A stretch of 64,000 bases of DNA from Tubiluchus corallicola (taxonomy: Eukaryota; Animalia; Priapulida): positions 452,597 through 516,596 of the forward strand of contig JAQGDQ010000140.1 of assembly GCA_030141605.1 (NCBI GenBank). Reading direction: 5' to 3'. Under the pieces are notes generated by a model. The model was given only the letters and a program-made list of their open reading frames with translations. It was not told the DNA's origin and searched no databases. Shown here piece after piece: positions 38,601-53,099 of this stretch (the stretch's first letter is position 1; every line of letters begins with the position of its first letter). Both the position numbers and the translations under genes were made by a program.

Positions 38601-38958
38601 CTGGTCAAAAATAACAATGACATTGACTACAACAATGATATTTATTTAAACTTAACTTTAACGTCAACCATCAAAGAAACCTCAAATTTTTGCTAACTTC
38701 AGTCGTCAACTAAACCTGCAGAACAATAATTGCTATTACCTGCAGATTACTTTAAGAAACATTAAACAATGGCATCATTTTTAAGTCTGTGGTATTACCC
38801 AGCCAGAGAATTGAACCCACAATCTTACACAAAAGTAAGCATGTTACCACTGTAGATTACACAAGCAACAGTGGTACAAGTAGATGTACAATAATAGCAC
38901 ACTGCTATGCCTAGGCCCAAAATAGCATGGGTCCAATAACTTCAAATTCAGTTTGCAG

Positions 38959-39531
38959 TAAGGATGTTAAACAACACAAATTTGGCGATACGATAACGAT
39001 AATCCACTTTTTAGACGATACGATACAATACGATAAATTATTTCGAAGGATAAAAACAATACTGAAGTTAGAAAATGTATGCAACAACAGAAAAATATCT
39101 CTAATAATTAAACCATTCATGTAACCTTAACGTGACTACGACGAAATTTTCTGCTTCGTTGTTATAACGATTCATAAATAAGTAAGCTGCGATGGATACA
39201 TAGATTACTACGATATAAAGATTTATCTATGGGAGCTGCACAATTACACATGTCCGAAACGATGACACCAAAAATATGGTACACGCTACTCGGCATCTGC
39301 GAGTCTGCATGATTCAGAATCAAAATAAAGATAACCGCTATTGTAAAGCGAAAGTGTAACTCCATACGTCTGACAAGCTTATAATTTTAAATAATTCTTT
39401 TATCCACTGTTTTGCTTAATTCCTGTAAGAAAATTGAAAAGCAAAGTGAAGTAATTTTATAAAGGCAAGCGATAAAAGACAAAATACGATACGATAATTA
39501 TTGATACGTATCGTTATCATTAACATCCCTA
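38959..39531. mobile_element. Older hAT-type MITE, copy 1
   Basis: Ends TAAGGATGTTAA...TTAACATCCCTA, ACGAT subterminal repeats; TSD not recognisable. Confidence 0.75.
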
Positions 39532-40713
39532 CATCTCAGAACAACGAAGCCAATTCATAGAGGACAGAGCAACCCTGTGCAAGCATCACAGGAAGTGGAC
39601 CACCAACAAATTTATAAAATTCTCATTTTCAATGAAATATTATGAACGCCAAAATTGACTTCAAACAAATAAAGACATTTTTTATTACAATTTCACTGCA
39701 ATTGGTAATTTTATATCAAACAACAGAAGCCAATCTTACAGGAATGGAGTCAAAATATGTGGATTCCGGTAACAAGTAGACAGGACATCAGGCTAAAGTT
39801 CTCTAAGGTATTAAACTGCAAATCTCAAATCACAATGAAATGCATCAAATCCTGATCTTTTATTTCTGCAACAAAGTTATGTCCCTCATTTCATGTCAGT
39901 CGAAATGCACCATGTGATGGACGGCAACATCGACGTTTTAGCTAAAAGCTTTTTATAGATTTGGACAAAACGTGTGTGCATGCAAATGTCGTAGATTTTT
40001 GTTTGTCTGTATGACTCAGTAACTTTCGCCAGCAGCCACCATGAATTTACAATCAACAAATTGCACAAAATCGCTAACTTAACAGTTTCTGGTAACCAAA
40101 CTATTGGTCACAAATCAACTGCATTAGGATGTCTATTTCTTCAGTTGCTAGATGGCAGCATAACAGGAATTATAAGAATCTGATGCCAGAGAGGTACAAA
40201 CATTTGTATCCGTGCTATTCCTTATGCAATTTCTTGATGATAAATGTTTTAATGATTCAAGTAAGTATGATGAGGCATATTAGTACGACAGTAGTTCCAC
40301 TTATCGACGTGCAGTATCTATCCACAAATGCCGACGTAGTGCATCAAATGCTTAGAAGTACACCAGTCATTCGTTGCCAGTAAGCCATTTCAGTTTTGCT
40401 ATGTACATACGCATTTGAAGTTTTGAGCTATAGGTCAAAGGCTATGGTCCCCTTAGCCTACATCTCACAGACAGGACTTGTACGAACTAGTGTTACCTTT
40501 ACATGGCTGTAACTACTTGATCACACCTAGAACCACCTTTGAAATTTCAACAGTACAGCAACATGCAGCGTAAGTTTTTTGGACAGAACTTAATAACATG
40601 TAAATGTTAGCATCAGATAAGCTGATGACTAATGTTAATATAAATCTAACACGACACTTAACCTAATATTATGACTAAACAGCAGAAACAGTCAGTGTAA
40701 GTAAACATCCCTT

Positions 40714-40800
40714 CAGGGCCAGACTTCAACAACAATAACAGCCTCAACAGGGCCAGGCTTCAACAACAATAACTGCTTCAACAGGACAAGGCTTCAACAA
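40714..40800. repeat. ~34-bp tandem repeat, about 2.5 copies
   Basis: CAGGGCCAG-CTTCAACAACAATAAC-GC-TCAA. Confidence 0.8.
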
Positions 40801-41942
40801 TGGGTCCATATACACGAACCAGTTGCTAATGTTTCTAGGTAGTAGGTACCAACAACCTTGACCTTTTAACGATCATCATCAATCATTGGCAATCACTGGA
40901 AAAGGCATATTCCACTGTGTTTATTTTGCAATAACAAAAAGAGATTGCTTGAATCTGGTTTCCAGGTTTTGACTGGGACTGAGAAAATGATAGCACATCA
41001 TCATATGGTATCCAAGGACTGGACATGCTTGTTTGAATGATTTTGGAATGAGGCAGCAAATCTCTAAAGAACACCCAAATTTTTGATATGCTGTGCTTCG
41101 CGAAGCAAAGTGCAATGCTCGCAAAGGAAAGTCATACATGTGAGATTAACTACTGTTTCGATACACATGCCAGCTAATTGATCCCTTACCCTGAATCATT
41201 CATCTTAATCCTGGCTCTTCTTCCAAATATTTCCCAGTGGGCAGTAAAATTCAGTAAAACTGCAGCCATCAATAATAATTTAATATCCTACGGAGGATTA
41301 GCCATGTCGTGTTTCACGAAGACAACTGTAAGAAACATTATTCTATACTATAATCCTAGTGCAACAAACCATAATCCGAATTCGACATTTCTGAAGTTCT
41401 GATTGCATAGATTAACACAAATGGAATGTTTTTACAACTGCAAATACAAAATTGAAATATTTGCACCAATACGGAATGGTGGCTCAATGTATGTTCAACC
41501 AAAGAGGTAAAGCAATAGCAAATCTGTCTTCTAAATGAATGAGTGAAGGCATATATGCATGCCAGAAATCAGCATTCGAGGAGGCCTACTCAAGAACGAC
41601 GTACGTGGAGAGACTCGAGCCTGGCCAGACAAATCTAGACTATAAATAGCAAAGTTGCAGTCCTGTACCAACATTGCAAAATTTCGGCCTGCAATGTGTT
41701 AAATTACATTAAAAAATGCAAATGAACTAAAATTAAATTCTCGAAGTGAGAGGAAATCTTTCCAATAAATCAACAAGCGAGATTTCTTAAAATCTTCACT
41801 TTCACTCCTACCTTTGTAGAAATACATCCGACAAACACTGCGATTTCCAGTTCGTAATGTGCGTTTAATACTGTTTACACTAATGTAAAATCAACTAAGA
41901 ACATTTTACTACTAACATTTAAACATCAAAAAATTCCCTTAC

Positions 41943-41995
41943 CTTTCTCTGTAAGCCCGCTACTGTAATTTCTTCATTTCCTGAGACACACAAAT
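41943..41995 (-). other. Candidate non-coding (5'UTR) exon, 53 nt, containing uORF MKKLQ*
   Basis: Branch-like CTAATAAC, TTTTCGTTTTCAG| acceptor, GAAAG|GTAAGG donor. Confidence 0.6.
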
Positions 41996-43478
41996 CTGAA
42001 AACGAAAATGTTATTAGCAAACAAATATCAACTAACTGCAACAATGAGGATAAAAATTGAATGGCAAAATGCCAGCAAAAATTTTAAGCGAGTTTTTTTA
42101 ACAGGAATAGTTTAAACAGTTTTCATTCAATCGCAATTTTCAGTAGCATACACACGACACTCGTGCAATTTTCTATTGAAAGATATGAAGCCATTGTTTC
42201 ACAGCTTCAAGTGTAATAAAACATTGCAAAAAGTTGATTGACAAAAGTTGAGTGACCAAGACTGTCTCAGTGATGATCACATGGTTTTGATAACAAAAAA
42301 TAAAAAGTTGACTAAAAAAGCTGGGTTACTATAAAACACTAACAATTTTCGGCAAATAAAAAATGTTAGTGAACAAAGGTCGATAATGCGTAAACTTGAG
42401 ACATAAACACTCTGGGTTGAAAATTTCTCTTCATGGTTTCCATACTGACTCTGGCTGTTTACCTCGCTGAGAAAAGGTACACATACAATTGAATGTGGCA
42501 AACACACCTCTGTTGGTCCAGTGGCTCTTCCTAATGGCATCGCCAAATTGTATAAAAAACTATCCGCTATTAAACACAGTGTTCAGGACTGCAAATGTTA
42601 TAGCAAAATTTTACAGTGTGAACAGCTGCAGAAAGCATTCAAACTCTGAAGAATACCTTGGTAAGAACTTGATAAATGTAACACCGATATAATGCTAGAC
42701 AAACAAGAGATGGCAGGAAAATGGCAGGCACTCAACACGGAGAAAAATGATTGTAGAAAGAACACAGTGAAAGTACACTATTTATTTATTTTGTTCTTAG
42801 TTCAGTTCAGTTCAGTCACGAGTCTCAAACATTTTTGTGTCAATATGAGCAGCTAGAAAAAAATCGCCACTTAGCTGAAAAAACGTACTTAATGCCCACA
42901 AACTTTGCCACACTTTTTAACTATATCACTGAGTAATTGTTGAAAAAACGTTAAAAGTTTATGTATATTAAATGTTTTTTCTTTTCCAACCAAGAAACTT
43001 TTTTTTCAAGCTGCTCACCTTGATACAAAAAGGCTTGAGGTTTGACACTTACATTACATGCATAGTCCTATAAATGGGGTTTTTCTTTGCACAGGTTGCA
43101 ATGGTATTAAGAAATAAAAAACATTAATTAATCAATAGAAAATATAGGAAAATACCGTAATTAATGTTAAATAAAATCATGATTGTAAAAGCTTGATTAG
43201 AATTAAAAAGAAAATACAATACAATACAGTTAATGACTATTTATAAACAGTTCCACAAGATTCTTTTAACTGCTTTGAAATTTGTGACTTTAATTAATTC
43301 AGTTTTAATTGCTTTCTTGCATTACAAGCTAGGCAAATGTAAAGTTTATATTTACTTTCCTGTACATCCTTTTTAGGCTTCATTTTCTGTAAAAATAGTA
43401 GGACTACTTGCAGAAAAGATGCTGCAGATAAAAAAATCAATAATCTTATTTATAGTAACACCTTCTAATATAAAGGAG

Positions 43479-43912
43479 TAGGGATGTTAAATGATACACA
43501 TTTAGCAATGCGATAACGGTATGTTAGGGTACTTTTTTCAAACGACACGATAACAATAATCTGTTTTCAGAAGCAATAAATTATCTTGAACGACAAAAAC
43601 TACACTGAATATGCAAGGAATCTCAGTGTATTTCAACACTATTTTCCGCAGGCCGTTTCCAGATTCACGTATAGATACGTGTAATTTATGACAAAGTTTT
43701 CTTCCTCGTTTTGTCATAAAATTCTAGTGCATAAATGAAAAAGTAAAGTGAAATTATTTTATAATAGTGAGCGATATGCAGTGATACGCATAAATCTGAG
43801 TGATAACGAAATTCCTAGAATAACATCGATACAATAACCATAAAAGTAAATTTTTTGTATTGATACGTTAATCGATAATTATTGATACATATTGCTATCA
43901 TTAACTTCCCTA
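43479..43912. mobile_element. Older hAT-type MITE, copy 2 (same family as 38959)
   Basis: TAGGGATGTTAA...TTAACTTCCCTA; shares internal AAAGTGAA..TTTTAT and GATAATTATTGATAC segments with copy 1; flanks taaaggag/tgctggag may be a degenerate TSD. Confidence 0.75.
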
Positions 43913-44499
43913 TGCTGGAGTATAAAAAGTGAAGGTTTACACACAGGAGTATGTAGTTACAGAAGCACTGCTCTTAGTTGTAGTTTTTAGTTTTTCTCCT
44001 TGGGTCTTTTGTCTGAAGAAATCTTTAGTAATCTACAATCTCTGGTCACCACTTAAAAAAAGGATTAAGAAACACTTCTGCCACTAGCAAATTTATTGCA
44101 AGAATTTGGTTTTTTCTTGACTTATTTTCATATTAAAAAGAAACCCGACACGAAATTTTATAAAACTACCTTTCTACGTTACATTTTCAACACAAAACGA
44201 GTGATTTTAAACTATGCAAAAAAGTACTAACCTATGTCACATTAAATGTGGATGAATTCTACGACTCTTCATTATTAAATTGCTGTGTTGACTGCTACGC
44301 TCCACCAGAATTTGTTACTGAAAAAAAGAAGAAATTATTATCTTCAACACCAACACACACAAACGCACGCATCACAAACTCACACGTGTGTAGGTACACT
44401 GGCTCACATAAACATTTTACAACAAGAAATTAACACAACATAAAATCTGCTACACCCTATGCACCGATTTGCCGGGCACCAGCAGATATGCTGAGAATT

Positions 44500-44660
44500 T
44501 AAAAGGGAAGAAAATGAATTTAAAGAACTTTCGATAAAAAATTATGCAACTTACCATTATGCTTACCTGTTCAAAAGACTTACGTAATTGGAAAAGGAAA
44601 TTTTTAATAGTTTAAAATATTCATGCCATCTGGTAAAACAGCACTGCATTGCCATCCCTG
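44500..44660 (-). repeat. Dispersed repeat, inverted partner of 51085-51250
   Basis: Reverse complement matches GGATGGCA.TGCAG..GTTTTAC..TTTTCCA.TTACGTAAGTCTTT..GAAAGTTCTTT. Confidence 0.75.
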
Positions 44661-45361
44661 TATGCACCGGTATTTCACCAAAAACACACTAGCAATTATA
44701 ATCTTCGCACAGCATGACTTTGTGTTAAATACTGAACACATACTTTCTCAATATAAATTAAATGGAAGATTTCATAATCTAATTCATCTAACGCATAACA
44801 TTACAACTGTTACAAATGCAAATGCAGCATTGTTTTGATTTATCATGCCAAATACAGTAACTGGAAAAAAACACTAATAAATCAACTTAGATTCAGATTG
44901 TGGAGCAAATAATTATGTGAAAATCAATTTAATTCAGCCGAGAACAGGCTTGCGTGTAATAATGTAATTGCTTCTTACATTCTTCTTTCTACGCTTCTAA
45001 CCTTTCTTAGAACTGCTTCTAAATTAAATCTTCAACACAACTTCGGATACTCAAATTATGCGCCTACTTCTGTATTCATAGCTAATTTAGAAGAACCTTG
45101 ACAAGCATCTTCACTTCATATTTTCGTTGAAATGGTTTCTCATTGTTGGAATGCTGGGACAGAGGAGTACTGGCTTCATGCTCAAATGCTGGTGACCAAT
45201 CGTGAACAATTTTGAACTCACGTACTTCGAATAAACAATCAACTAATTATTACAAACTTAATATTAAGATTATTATTATTAATGGTGTTATAAACCCTCA
45301 CAAGTTTGATTTTGATATGAAACTTGAAGACAGGAAATGTAAAAAAGCGGTGTAGTGGTCA

Positions 45362-45428
45362 AGGTGGTGTAGTGGTTAAGACATCTGCAATATAATCAGA
45401 ATGTCGCCGGTTCAAATCCAACCTGCAA
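45362..45428 (+). mobile_element. tRNA-like SINE head / tRNA pseudogene
   Basis: GGTGTAGTGGTTAAGAC A box (partly duplicated upstream), GGTTCAAATCC B box; imperfect stems. Confidence 0.5.
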
Positions 45429-47892
45429 TCCAGAACTTTTTCCTATTTCATGCCTTTCAAATTTAGTACCAAATATTAATGAACATCACACTCAGTCAGT
45501 CAACTAATTTTCAATCAGCACATGGCCAAGTTACGCAGCAAAAGCCACATGAAGCAAACTAATTGGGGAGCAGGCTAACAAATCTACCTTAAACCTCAAT
45601 CAACACAATGGAATAACCTGACATGAAAAATCCCTCTGGTCTTATACAAAATGCAATCAATCTTACACAAGTGGTCAGAAATGAAGCCAGGGCTATTCCA
45701 GGAATGAAACTCTCCTGAAAAAGAAGCCATATAATATAATGTGGAGAAAACTGTTTACAGTGGCAAATGATAAGAAATGTTATAAGGCATGAACAAGATA
45801 ATTTTTTTGTGGAACCAGAAGGTTGAGGAAATAGCCGAGATGCTGTACTGATATGCCTCAGAAGTGTCAGTGTATTGTTAGCCAGTTAGCTAATGTTAGT
45901 TGCACCACTGGATAAAAGGTGGAGATTAGAGTAGCAAGAAGTTAGATGTAGCCAAGTTATTAGGAAGCCAGGTCTGTAAGAAGGATAGTGTAGCAAGTTA
46001 GTGATAAATAGAATTTGTGAGTAAAAATGAGAACAATGAACGGAACAGAACGAAATTTTACTACACTACTAACAAGCAAAGAGGTCCTTTTTCTATACAA
46101 TTCCACACACTATAGAAATCGAGTCCTGTGCTCAAAGGCATGCATTCACTGTAGATGGCTGTCATGAGACAGGAATGTTGTTCATAATTAAAAATATGCC
46201 TCTAAAGGCACGTTCAGACTAGAGAATTTTCTGTTACGAGTTTTCTCTCTGACAGCAAACTTACAAGTGTGAACTAGTGTGCAAGTTACTGTCGGCAAGT
46301 TATTGCAAACTTTCCGACAGCTTCTGCAAGTTGATTTCCTGCGAGTTATTATCTGATGTGAATGCCTCAGCGAGTTACTTTCAGCACTTCTCGCAGTGAA
46401 TAGAGAATTGAATGTCAACTCATGCTTACTCTCGAAGAGTAACTCGCAACAAGTTTTGCTCTCAAGTCTGAATATACTTGCAAGTTACTTGGCATAAAAC
46501 TCACTAGCCTGTACATGCCATAAAAAGGCACTGAACCAACAGAGCTGTCTTAGGTATGTCCTGATGTGAGTCCTCACTCTCTATGAGCTTTACAGAATTG
46601 CATGGCCAGTATGTTTCAATACAGAATCAAATTAAGCAGCCCAAAGAAAGATGGTATATCGAACCCCGTATTACCCTTCCATTCACTGACCATTCCATTC
46701 CAGCCTCAGTGCCCGTTTTAATTTCAGTAGTCAAAAGCAGGTGACCACTTTCCTACCAACTCATCTAGTCCTGCAACACAGAAGATCTACACTTTGATGC
46801 TGTGACTTCAAATGTTATCCTGACGACGGTTTCTTTTAACTGTTTTTGTATCCACGTCCTTTGCTGTATATTAGACAGACAATTTTGTACTCACAAACTG
46901 ACTGACTCGTGTTCATTCACGCAACCAAACCAATCATTTAAGGTCAGTGTCTATGCTACTATAGAGGAGTCGACTGTACAACAAAATAAACATTATAAAT
47001 GCACTATAAAACATACAATGATGTAGTTTATTTTGCCGAAATCCATACGGTTCTTGAGCTGTAAATGACCTTTGCCCTTTGCCACTCAATATCACCGAAT
47101 TATATCATTAAATTCTATTCACCGCCCCCAATACTGTAAATGTCCAAAATTTCGCTGCCCTGCTGCTCACAGTTTTTAAGCTGTAAGCTTTCTGTACTTC
47201 TACGTTCAGTAACTCGCTGACATTATAGCTGTGACATGTAGACTTAAGTCTAAGAGCATGCTAATAACAACAATTTATAGTGTTCAAACATATAAAAAGA
47301 AAATACCCAACACTATAGAAGGCTGAGAAGCAATAGATATAAAAGTACCCTACAGCTACACGATTACAAAAAAAGTGTTCATCATTATGATAAGCTGATT
47401 AATACAAAGACAGAAAAATTCATAAGTTAAGAAATTGTAAGAATTAAAAATGCCTTTTTTTAAGACTGATAACAAATGGTTTTCTAATTTCATTTCACAT
47501 ATTTTACATGACCTACCTGCAATGTTGCAATCTAATTCCAAAGGAATGTTAATGTCAAAATTTAGTTGATTATGGTATTAACACTATCCTCCCCTGCAAA
47601 TGCATACAAAAATAAATATTTTATAAAAATTGTTTACGTTCCCCTTTTCTCGAAAGACTTGCTGCAAAGATGTCTCTTTCTAAACAAATTATTGATAGTT
47701 GAGTTAGAGTTTATTCGATCTAGTCCAGGAGACCTTGACAAAAGTCACTATCATACAGCTCTGTTCTTGTACTTGTAATTTCACCTTTTTACTATACTCA
47801 TAAATTTTTGTATAGTAGCTAGATCATGATAACTGGTTTTTCTTTGCTTAATAAATCTACAGCTTTACGTGAACACTATGTCATGTCCTAAA

Positions 47893-48505
47893 GTAATGAG
47901 GAAAACAAATGTTTTGTGACTATGGCACGTACTAGTTTGGATAACCCCTTGCAAATCTCTATAGTATGTATTAGAGAAAGGTTGCAAGGACTTGTGCTTG
48001 AATAATGAAAAAACAAGTATTCTATGACAATGTTATGTGCTAGTATGGAAAGTATCGAAAACCTCATTGGTCTTTGTGAGTTTTCTATGACTATTACAAT
48101 ATACCCAACTGCCCAAAGGTGTATGCACATATCTTAGGTCTTCATAATAAAGAAAAGTTGCAAGAACTTTTATTTGGATATGAAGAAGACAGTTGTTCTA
48201 TCACCATGTAATGCTCTAGAGACAAAAACCTCGTGCGAATATCTTTAGTACTCGTATTAGGCAGAAGTTGCAAGCATCTCTGTACTTGAATAATGAAGAA
48301 AACAAGTATTGTGTGACGATGTTATGTGCTACTCTTAAAAACCTCATAGAGATCTCTTTAGTCTTCATATTACACAGAAGTTGCAAAGGACTTGAACTCG
48401 AGTAACGAAGAAAACAAGTGTTCTGTGACAACGTTATACTCGAGTCCCCAAAACTGCATGCAAATCTCTTTAGTCTTCCTATTAGAGAGCAGTTGCAAGG
48501 ATATA
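47893..48505. repeat. Degenerate ~110-bp tandem repeat, about 5 copies
   Basis: Recurring GAAAACAAGT..TGAC.ATGTTAT..ATCTCTTTAGT..AGTTGCAAG. Confidence 0.8.
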
Positions 48506-48709
48506 TTCAGGTATTTACATGCACACGTGATTTCCCCAGGGACAAAGTGCAGTCTTGTAAGCATCATTATAATGCAGTCTCTTGCACTGCAGATTCATTT
48601 ACACGTTAGCTGAAGACAGGCAGCAGCAGGTAATCTATAAGCCAGCCAGCAGCAAGTCAAACGATTTTCCAAGCAAGACTGAATGTGTAACAGTTACTGG
48701 GAATATATC

Positions 48710-49300
48710 AGAGCTGGTCAAAGGAGATGCTAATACATAAGGAGCGTTAATGCTACACACACGCACCTGGTGCACAAAGATTGCAAGCATAATAGGACAA
48801 AATATGATTTTTACATCGACACAAAAACTGAGAACAATGTCAGCAACTGGCCAAACAAGCTAGGACAAAGGCAGTGTTAATAGAGTATGTGGTACACACG
48901 ATGCACTAACATTGTACACATGATAATATGATACATAATTTTTACTTTCTAATTAAACGTGAATGTGAGTGGTTAAAGGACAAGTTAGCACAAACCCAGT
49001 GTTAATAGTACATGCACATCGTCCACTAATATTACACACGTAATAGGACAGTACAGATGATTTTTCACCTTGAAATTAAACTGTGAGCATGACTGAGTGT
49101 GTTTATAATAGCTGGTCAATAGCTCAAAAGCAGTGTGAATAGTGCACCTATACCTGACGTACTAATATTGTACAGGTAATAGGCTAATACACAACTTTTA
49201 CTCGAGTGTGACTGAGTAACTAAAGGGCCGATAGCCTATAGGGCTTATAGTACCTGGTAAAAGGAGAAACTAACACGAAAGTAGTGTTAATAGAACTCCG
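48710..49300. repeat. Degenerate ~125-150-bp tandem repeat, about 4-5 copies
   Basis: Recurring CAGTGTTAATAG..CACTAATATT..TAATAGG..TTTTTAC. Confidence 0.65.
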
Positions 49301-51084
49301 CAGGTATAAAAGCATTACTTGTAAAACGAATAGATTTCTCAACTCTTTCATTCCAAGCACATAATGTTAATGTAAAGTCCGAGAATTTAATGTAAACTTC
49401 AAACAACAACCAGTTTCCTAGCATCTATGATGTACAATTTCATTTTAGGTTTTTGGGTTTGCTGTCCGTTTTGATATTTAAACGTAGGTCTATTACCATG
49501 TGGCAAGATGATCATTCAACAGTATGGGTACAAGTGCAAATTTAATCTAATGTAATGATGTACCTGATGCTGAAGAGATAGGTGAATGTTTCACTCATTT
49601 TATGATTATGTTTGTTCATATGTGTAGTCTACATGTTGTTTTTCATCTGTTTATAGTAGTGTGTATTTTATTGTTGAGCCAATTGAAAGTGTAATGAACG
49701 ATTACTACAAAGCAGAATAAATTTTATCTTATCAATCTTACCTCAGAGCTGTCATGCTAATATTGTCGTCGAACCAGTAGCCTTGTCGATTATATACGTA
49801 CATTATATTAAATCGTCAGTGAAACTAGATATAAATTTAAAAGCTGGTTAAAAGAGGAGCCGCCTTTGAAAATGCGAGCCAAGTGCCTAACCACAGCATG
49901 CTAATAATATTGCTCAACAAGACAATACCAGCCTTCCTTTGTGCACAAAATAAGGGGCCTTTTTTAGCTCGTTGCAAGGGCCATCCTAGTGTGTGCTGCT
50001 ATGACAACGCATTTGGTTTGGAAGACACTGCAATTAAAATGTGAGACTTGCACTTGTTAAAACAAGTAATAGATGTATTATTCACAATGGCACTAGCAAA
50101 CCATCAAATTTAAAGTTTAGTCAGCAACCACTAACCATGCACAAAAAAAATTCACCAAAATATACAAAATGATCTGGCAAAAGGGGATCAACTTTTACAA
50201 GGTAAATCAACGAGGCAGTTTGAAAATTTTGTCACATTGCCATAAATGATTATCAACTGACCTAATCAATGGAGCCAACTGAAAGATAATAATTTCATAT
50301 GCTCTTTATAAATCCTGCTGACTGCCATCTGATTCAGAATCACTATTACTTTAGCATCAAGGTTCAGAAGACATGTTTTCTAAAATTGCTAAGAATGCTA
50401 ACTTTATAAGTTCAAAAGTGGGACTCATTCGAATATTAGCTAACAGTCTGAATAGTTAAGGCCAGGCCAAATGCCATGTGTAATATTCTAGTCTACATGG
50501 TGTCACGCAGAGATCATTCAAAGGTCATATGGAAACCATATCATGTAACATATCAAATACTGAATAAGAACATGTCACCTATGATATTTTTTAGGACGTA
50601 AATGTAACAGCAACTTTGCCTGACATACTAATTCCACTTTCGGATACCAACATAGCTTTACCTAATTTGCTAGTGTAGATAAGTATAGGAAAATTTACTT
50701 AAGTGTAGGCTAAGTGTAGTAGAATATTTTTGAAATAAACAAGAACTACTCAATCTGGCAGACCTGTCTTTTAACTTCTGTCATTTGTTAAAGAATAGGA
50801 ACACACTCTTCATAAATAAAGCTTAAAAAATTTGTCTTGAATTTTTTTATCACTGACATGCTGTTTTGTTGCATATATAAAATGCAACAGCTAACGCTGT
50901 ATAAAACTTGAAATTTAAGCTGACATTAGTTGCAGTGGCATGAATTAGGTGCAGCCATTTTAAAGGTAGGTCATTTGAAACAAGTTTAAATAACATTGCA
51001 TAAGGATTTAAGAAAAGAATAGGAGCATTTGTAGCTCATACTTTGTTAACTAAGCAGCAGTTTAAATTATTTTATATAGGAATT

Positions 51085-51250
51085 TAGGATGGCAGTGCAG
51101 GCGTGTTTTACTGGGTGGCACAAAGTTTTAAATTATTAAGAATTTTCTTTTCCAGTTACGTAAGTCTTTCAAACATGTAAGCACATCTTAAGAAATATAA
51201 TTTTCTATGGAAAGTTCTTTGGGATATGCATTAAATTCCCTTTTCTCCCT
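51085..51250 (+). repeat. Dispersed repeat, partner of 44500-44660
   Basis: See 44500 copy. Confidence 0.75.
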
Positions 51251-53099
51251 CTTTAACAAATAATATTCATTGCTTCCTGCATATGGTCTAAAAACAATTA
51301 CTGGCACAGGTTCACAAGTACACACGACGTGTAGTAAATGCCTCTATGAGCATGCGTAAGCTAATTTAGTATTTCAGTGACTAAATCTGGTTTTACTGTA
51401 AACACAATAAACAAAATAAAACACAGTTCAAAACAGTTCTGAAATATAATAACAAAGGATTTGGCTGCTCTAATTTGATTCTTGCTTACCAAATTAATTC
51501 CAAGCTTAATGTACCACATCATGACCACGCTAATAATAAGCTCACACAATAAAATAGCATTATGCAGTAAGACAAGAGCCAAACCCCAAAAGTGCTCTTG
51601 ACAATGCACAGGGTTTATTATTAAATTGTGTGTATGTGGTTTCACATAGCAGAGTTTCAGATCAATAGCACAGCAGGTTATATAGCATGTGGGCAAATAC
51701 ATTTAACTGTAAATGTCATCGGGTCGCTGTGTGCATACGCAACCGCATTTCACTTATCGCTGATCGAGTAGCCTGATCAGGGGAGGAACCATGACAGAGG
51801 TACCCGTATTCTTGCTGTCCTGACACACTTCCGCATCAACTGCAAGACGTTTCAGCCTCATTCCAAACAAACACCACTTACGTAAACATAGGCACGTGTC
51901 AGTAAAATAGACAAAGTGACCAGTACTGCACAGCATCCAACTACTGCTGATGGATCTGCTCCTAGACGTGATACAAACCAGATTAGGCTAATACGACAAG
52001 AGGAGGACACCCATGCAGACAATGCATCAGCGAACTATGAAAAGGATGCTTCTTTGGGGACATACATGGAAATTGAATTCTGCAGACACAACCTTGGTAA
52101 CATTTTGGAAGAGTCAAAACAGTTAATCCTTAAAAAACAGAAATAATTCTATCTATATACAAGGCATTGAGAAATGGTACGCCTGTTAGCTTTAAAAGTT
52201 GTCACAACTATATATATAATCATGATAACATATACACACATACATGTGCGCACGTGCACACACACGCACACACACGAGTTTTTAAATTTTTTTAATATTG
52301 TATAATATTTTACTAATTTTGTTTGCTTTTTATTTGCAGAAATTGTACAAAGTTCTTAATGAAGGTGTCATGGCACCAGTTTCATTGCAAGTACGTATAT
52401 AGATACACATAAATTTTAAAATGCACAGTGATATTATAATATAATCCTAGGGGAACATATTACAGTTAAATAAGACTAGCAAATTAAGATAATTCTATAC
52501 AGCAGTATTTCAGTTACTGGTACTATCAATTTGTTTCTTCAAATTGGAAATATGTAAAAAGACTTGAACTAAACCATTCATTTTGCATTTTAGCAAGCAA
52601 TCACATTCCCAAGAAATAAAGCATAACCCATTTGTATCATTATCCTTTCGCATTAATCACCCTGTGAAAAAATCCACTTTCACACTACAAAGAAACCAGA
52701 TTCTCTAAATAACTGCAGCACCCATTAAAGGTGCAGATGCATAACCTCACATTAAGTCAACACGGGCATATTTTGCCTACTCTATTGCACAAAAACCCGA
52801 TCACTAAGTTTGAGTTTTGTAATTGCTACATATGTGCAATTGTGCATACATATAGGGAGTGCATGGTGTAAATTTCAGGCCAACAGCTGATTTGGTATAG
52901 CTAATTAAAGTAATAAAGTTTACTCTGAGAAAAACTCACTCGTGAGGCACCAAAAAAAAAGATAACGACATTTCTTTATTACTTAGTGAATAAGTTCAAA
53001 GCTATTAAGTGTATGAATGCAATACTTCAAAGATTTTCTATTTAATGCCCAAGCAACTTATTGTTGAAGTTTCAGCCAAGTTCACGATAGTCACAATAC

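Noticed and set aside
44549-44600. Apparent recursive splice site TTTTGAACAG|GTAAGC with a second donor 12 nt later
   Set aside because: Lies inside a dispersed repeat whose inverted copy at about 51150 has nearly the same sequence, so it is probably repeat-derived.
45362-45428. Functional tRNA gene
   Set aside because: Mismatched stems and a duplicated 5' part; SINE-like.
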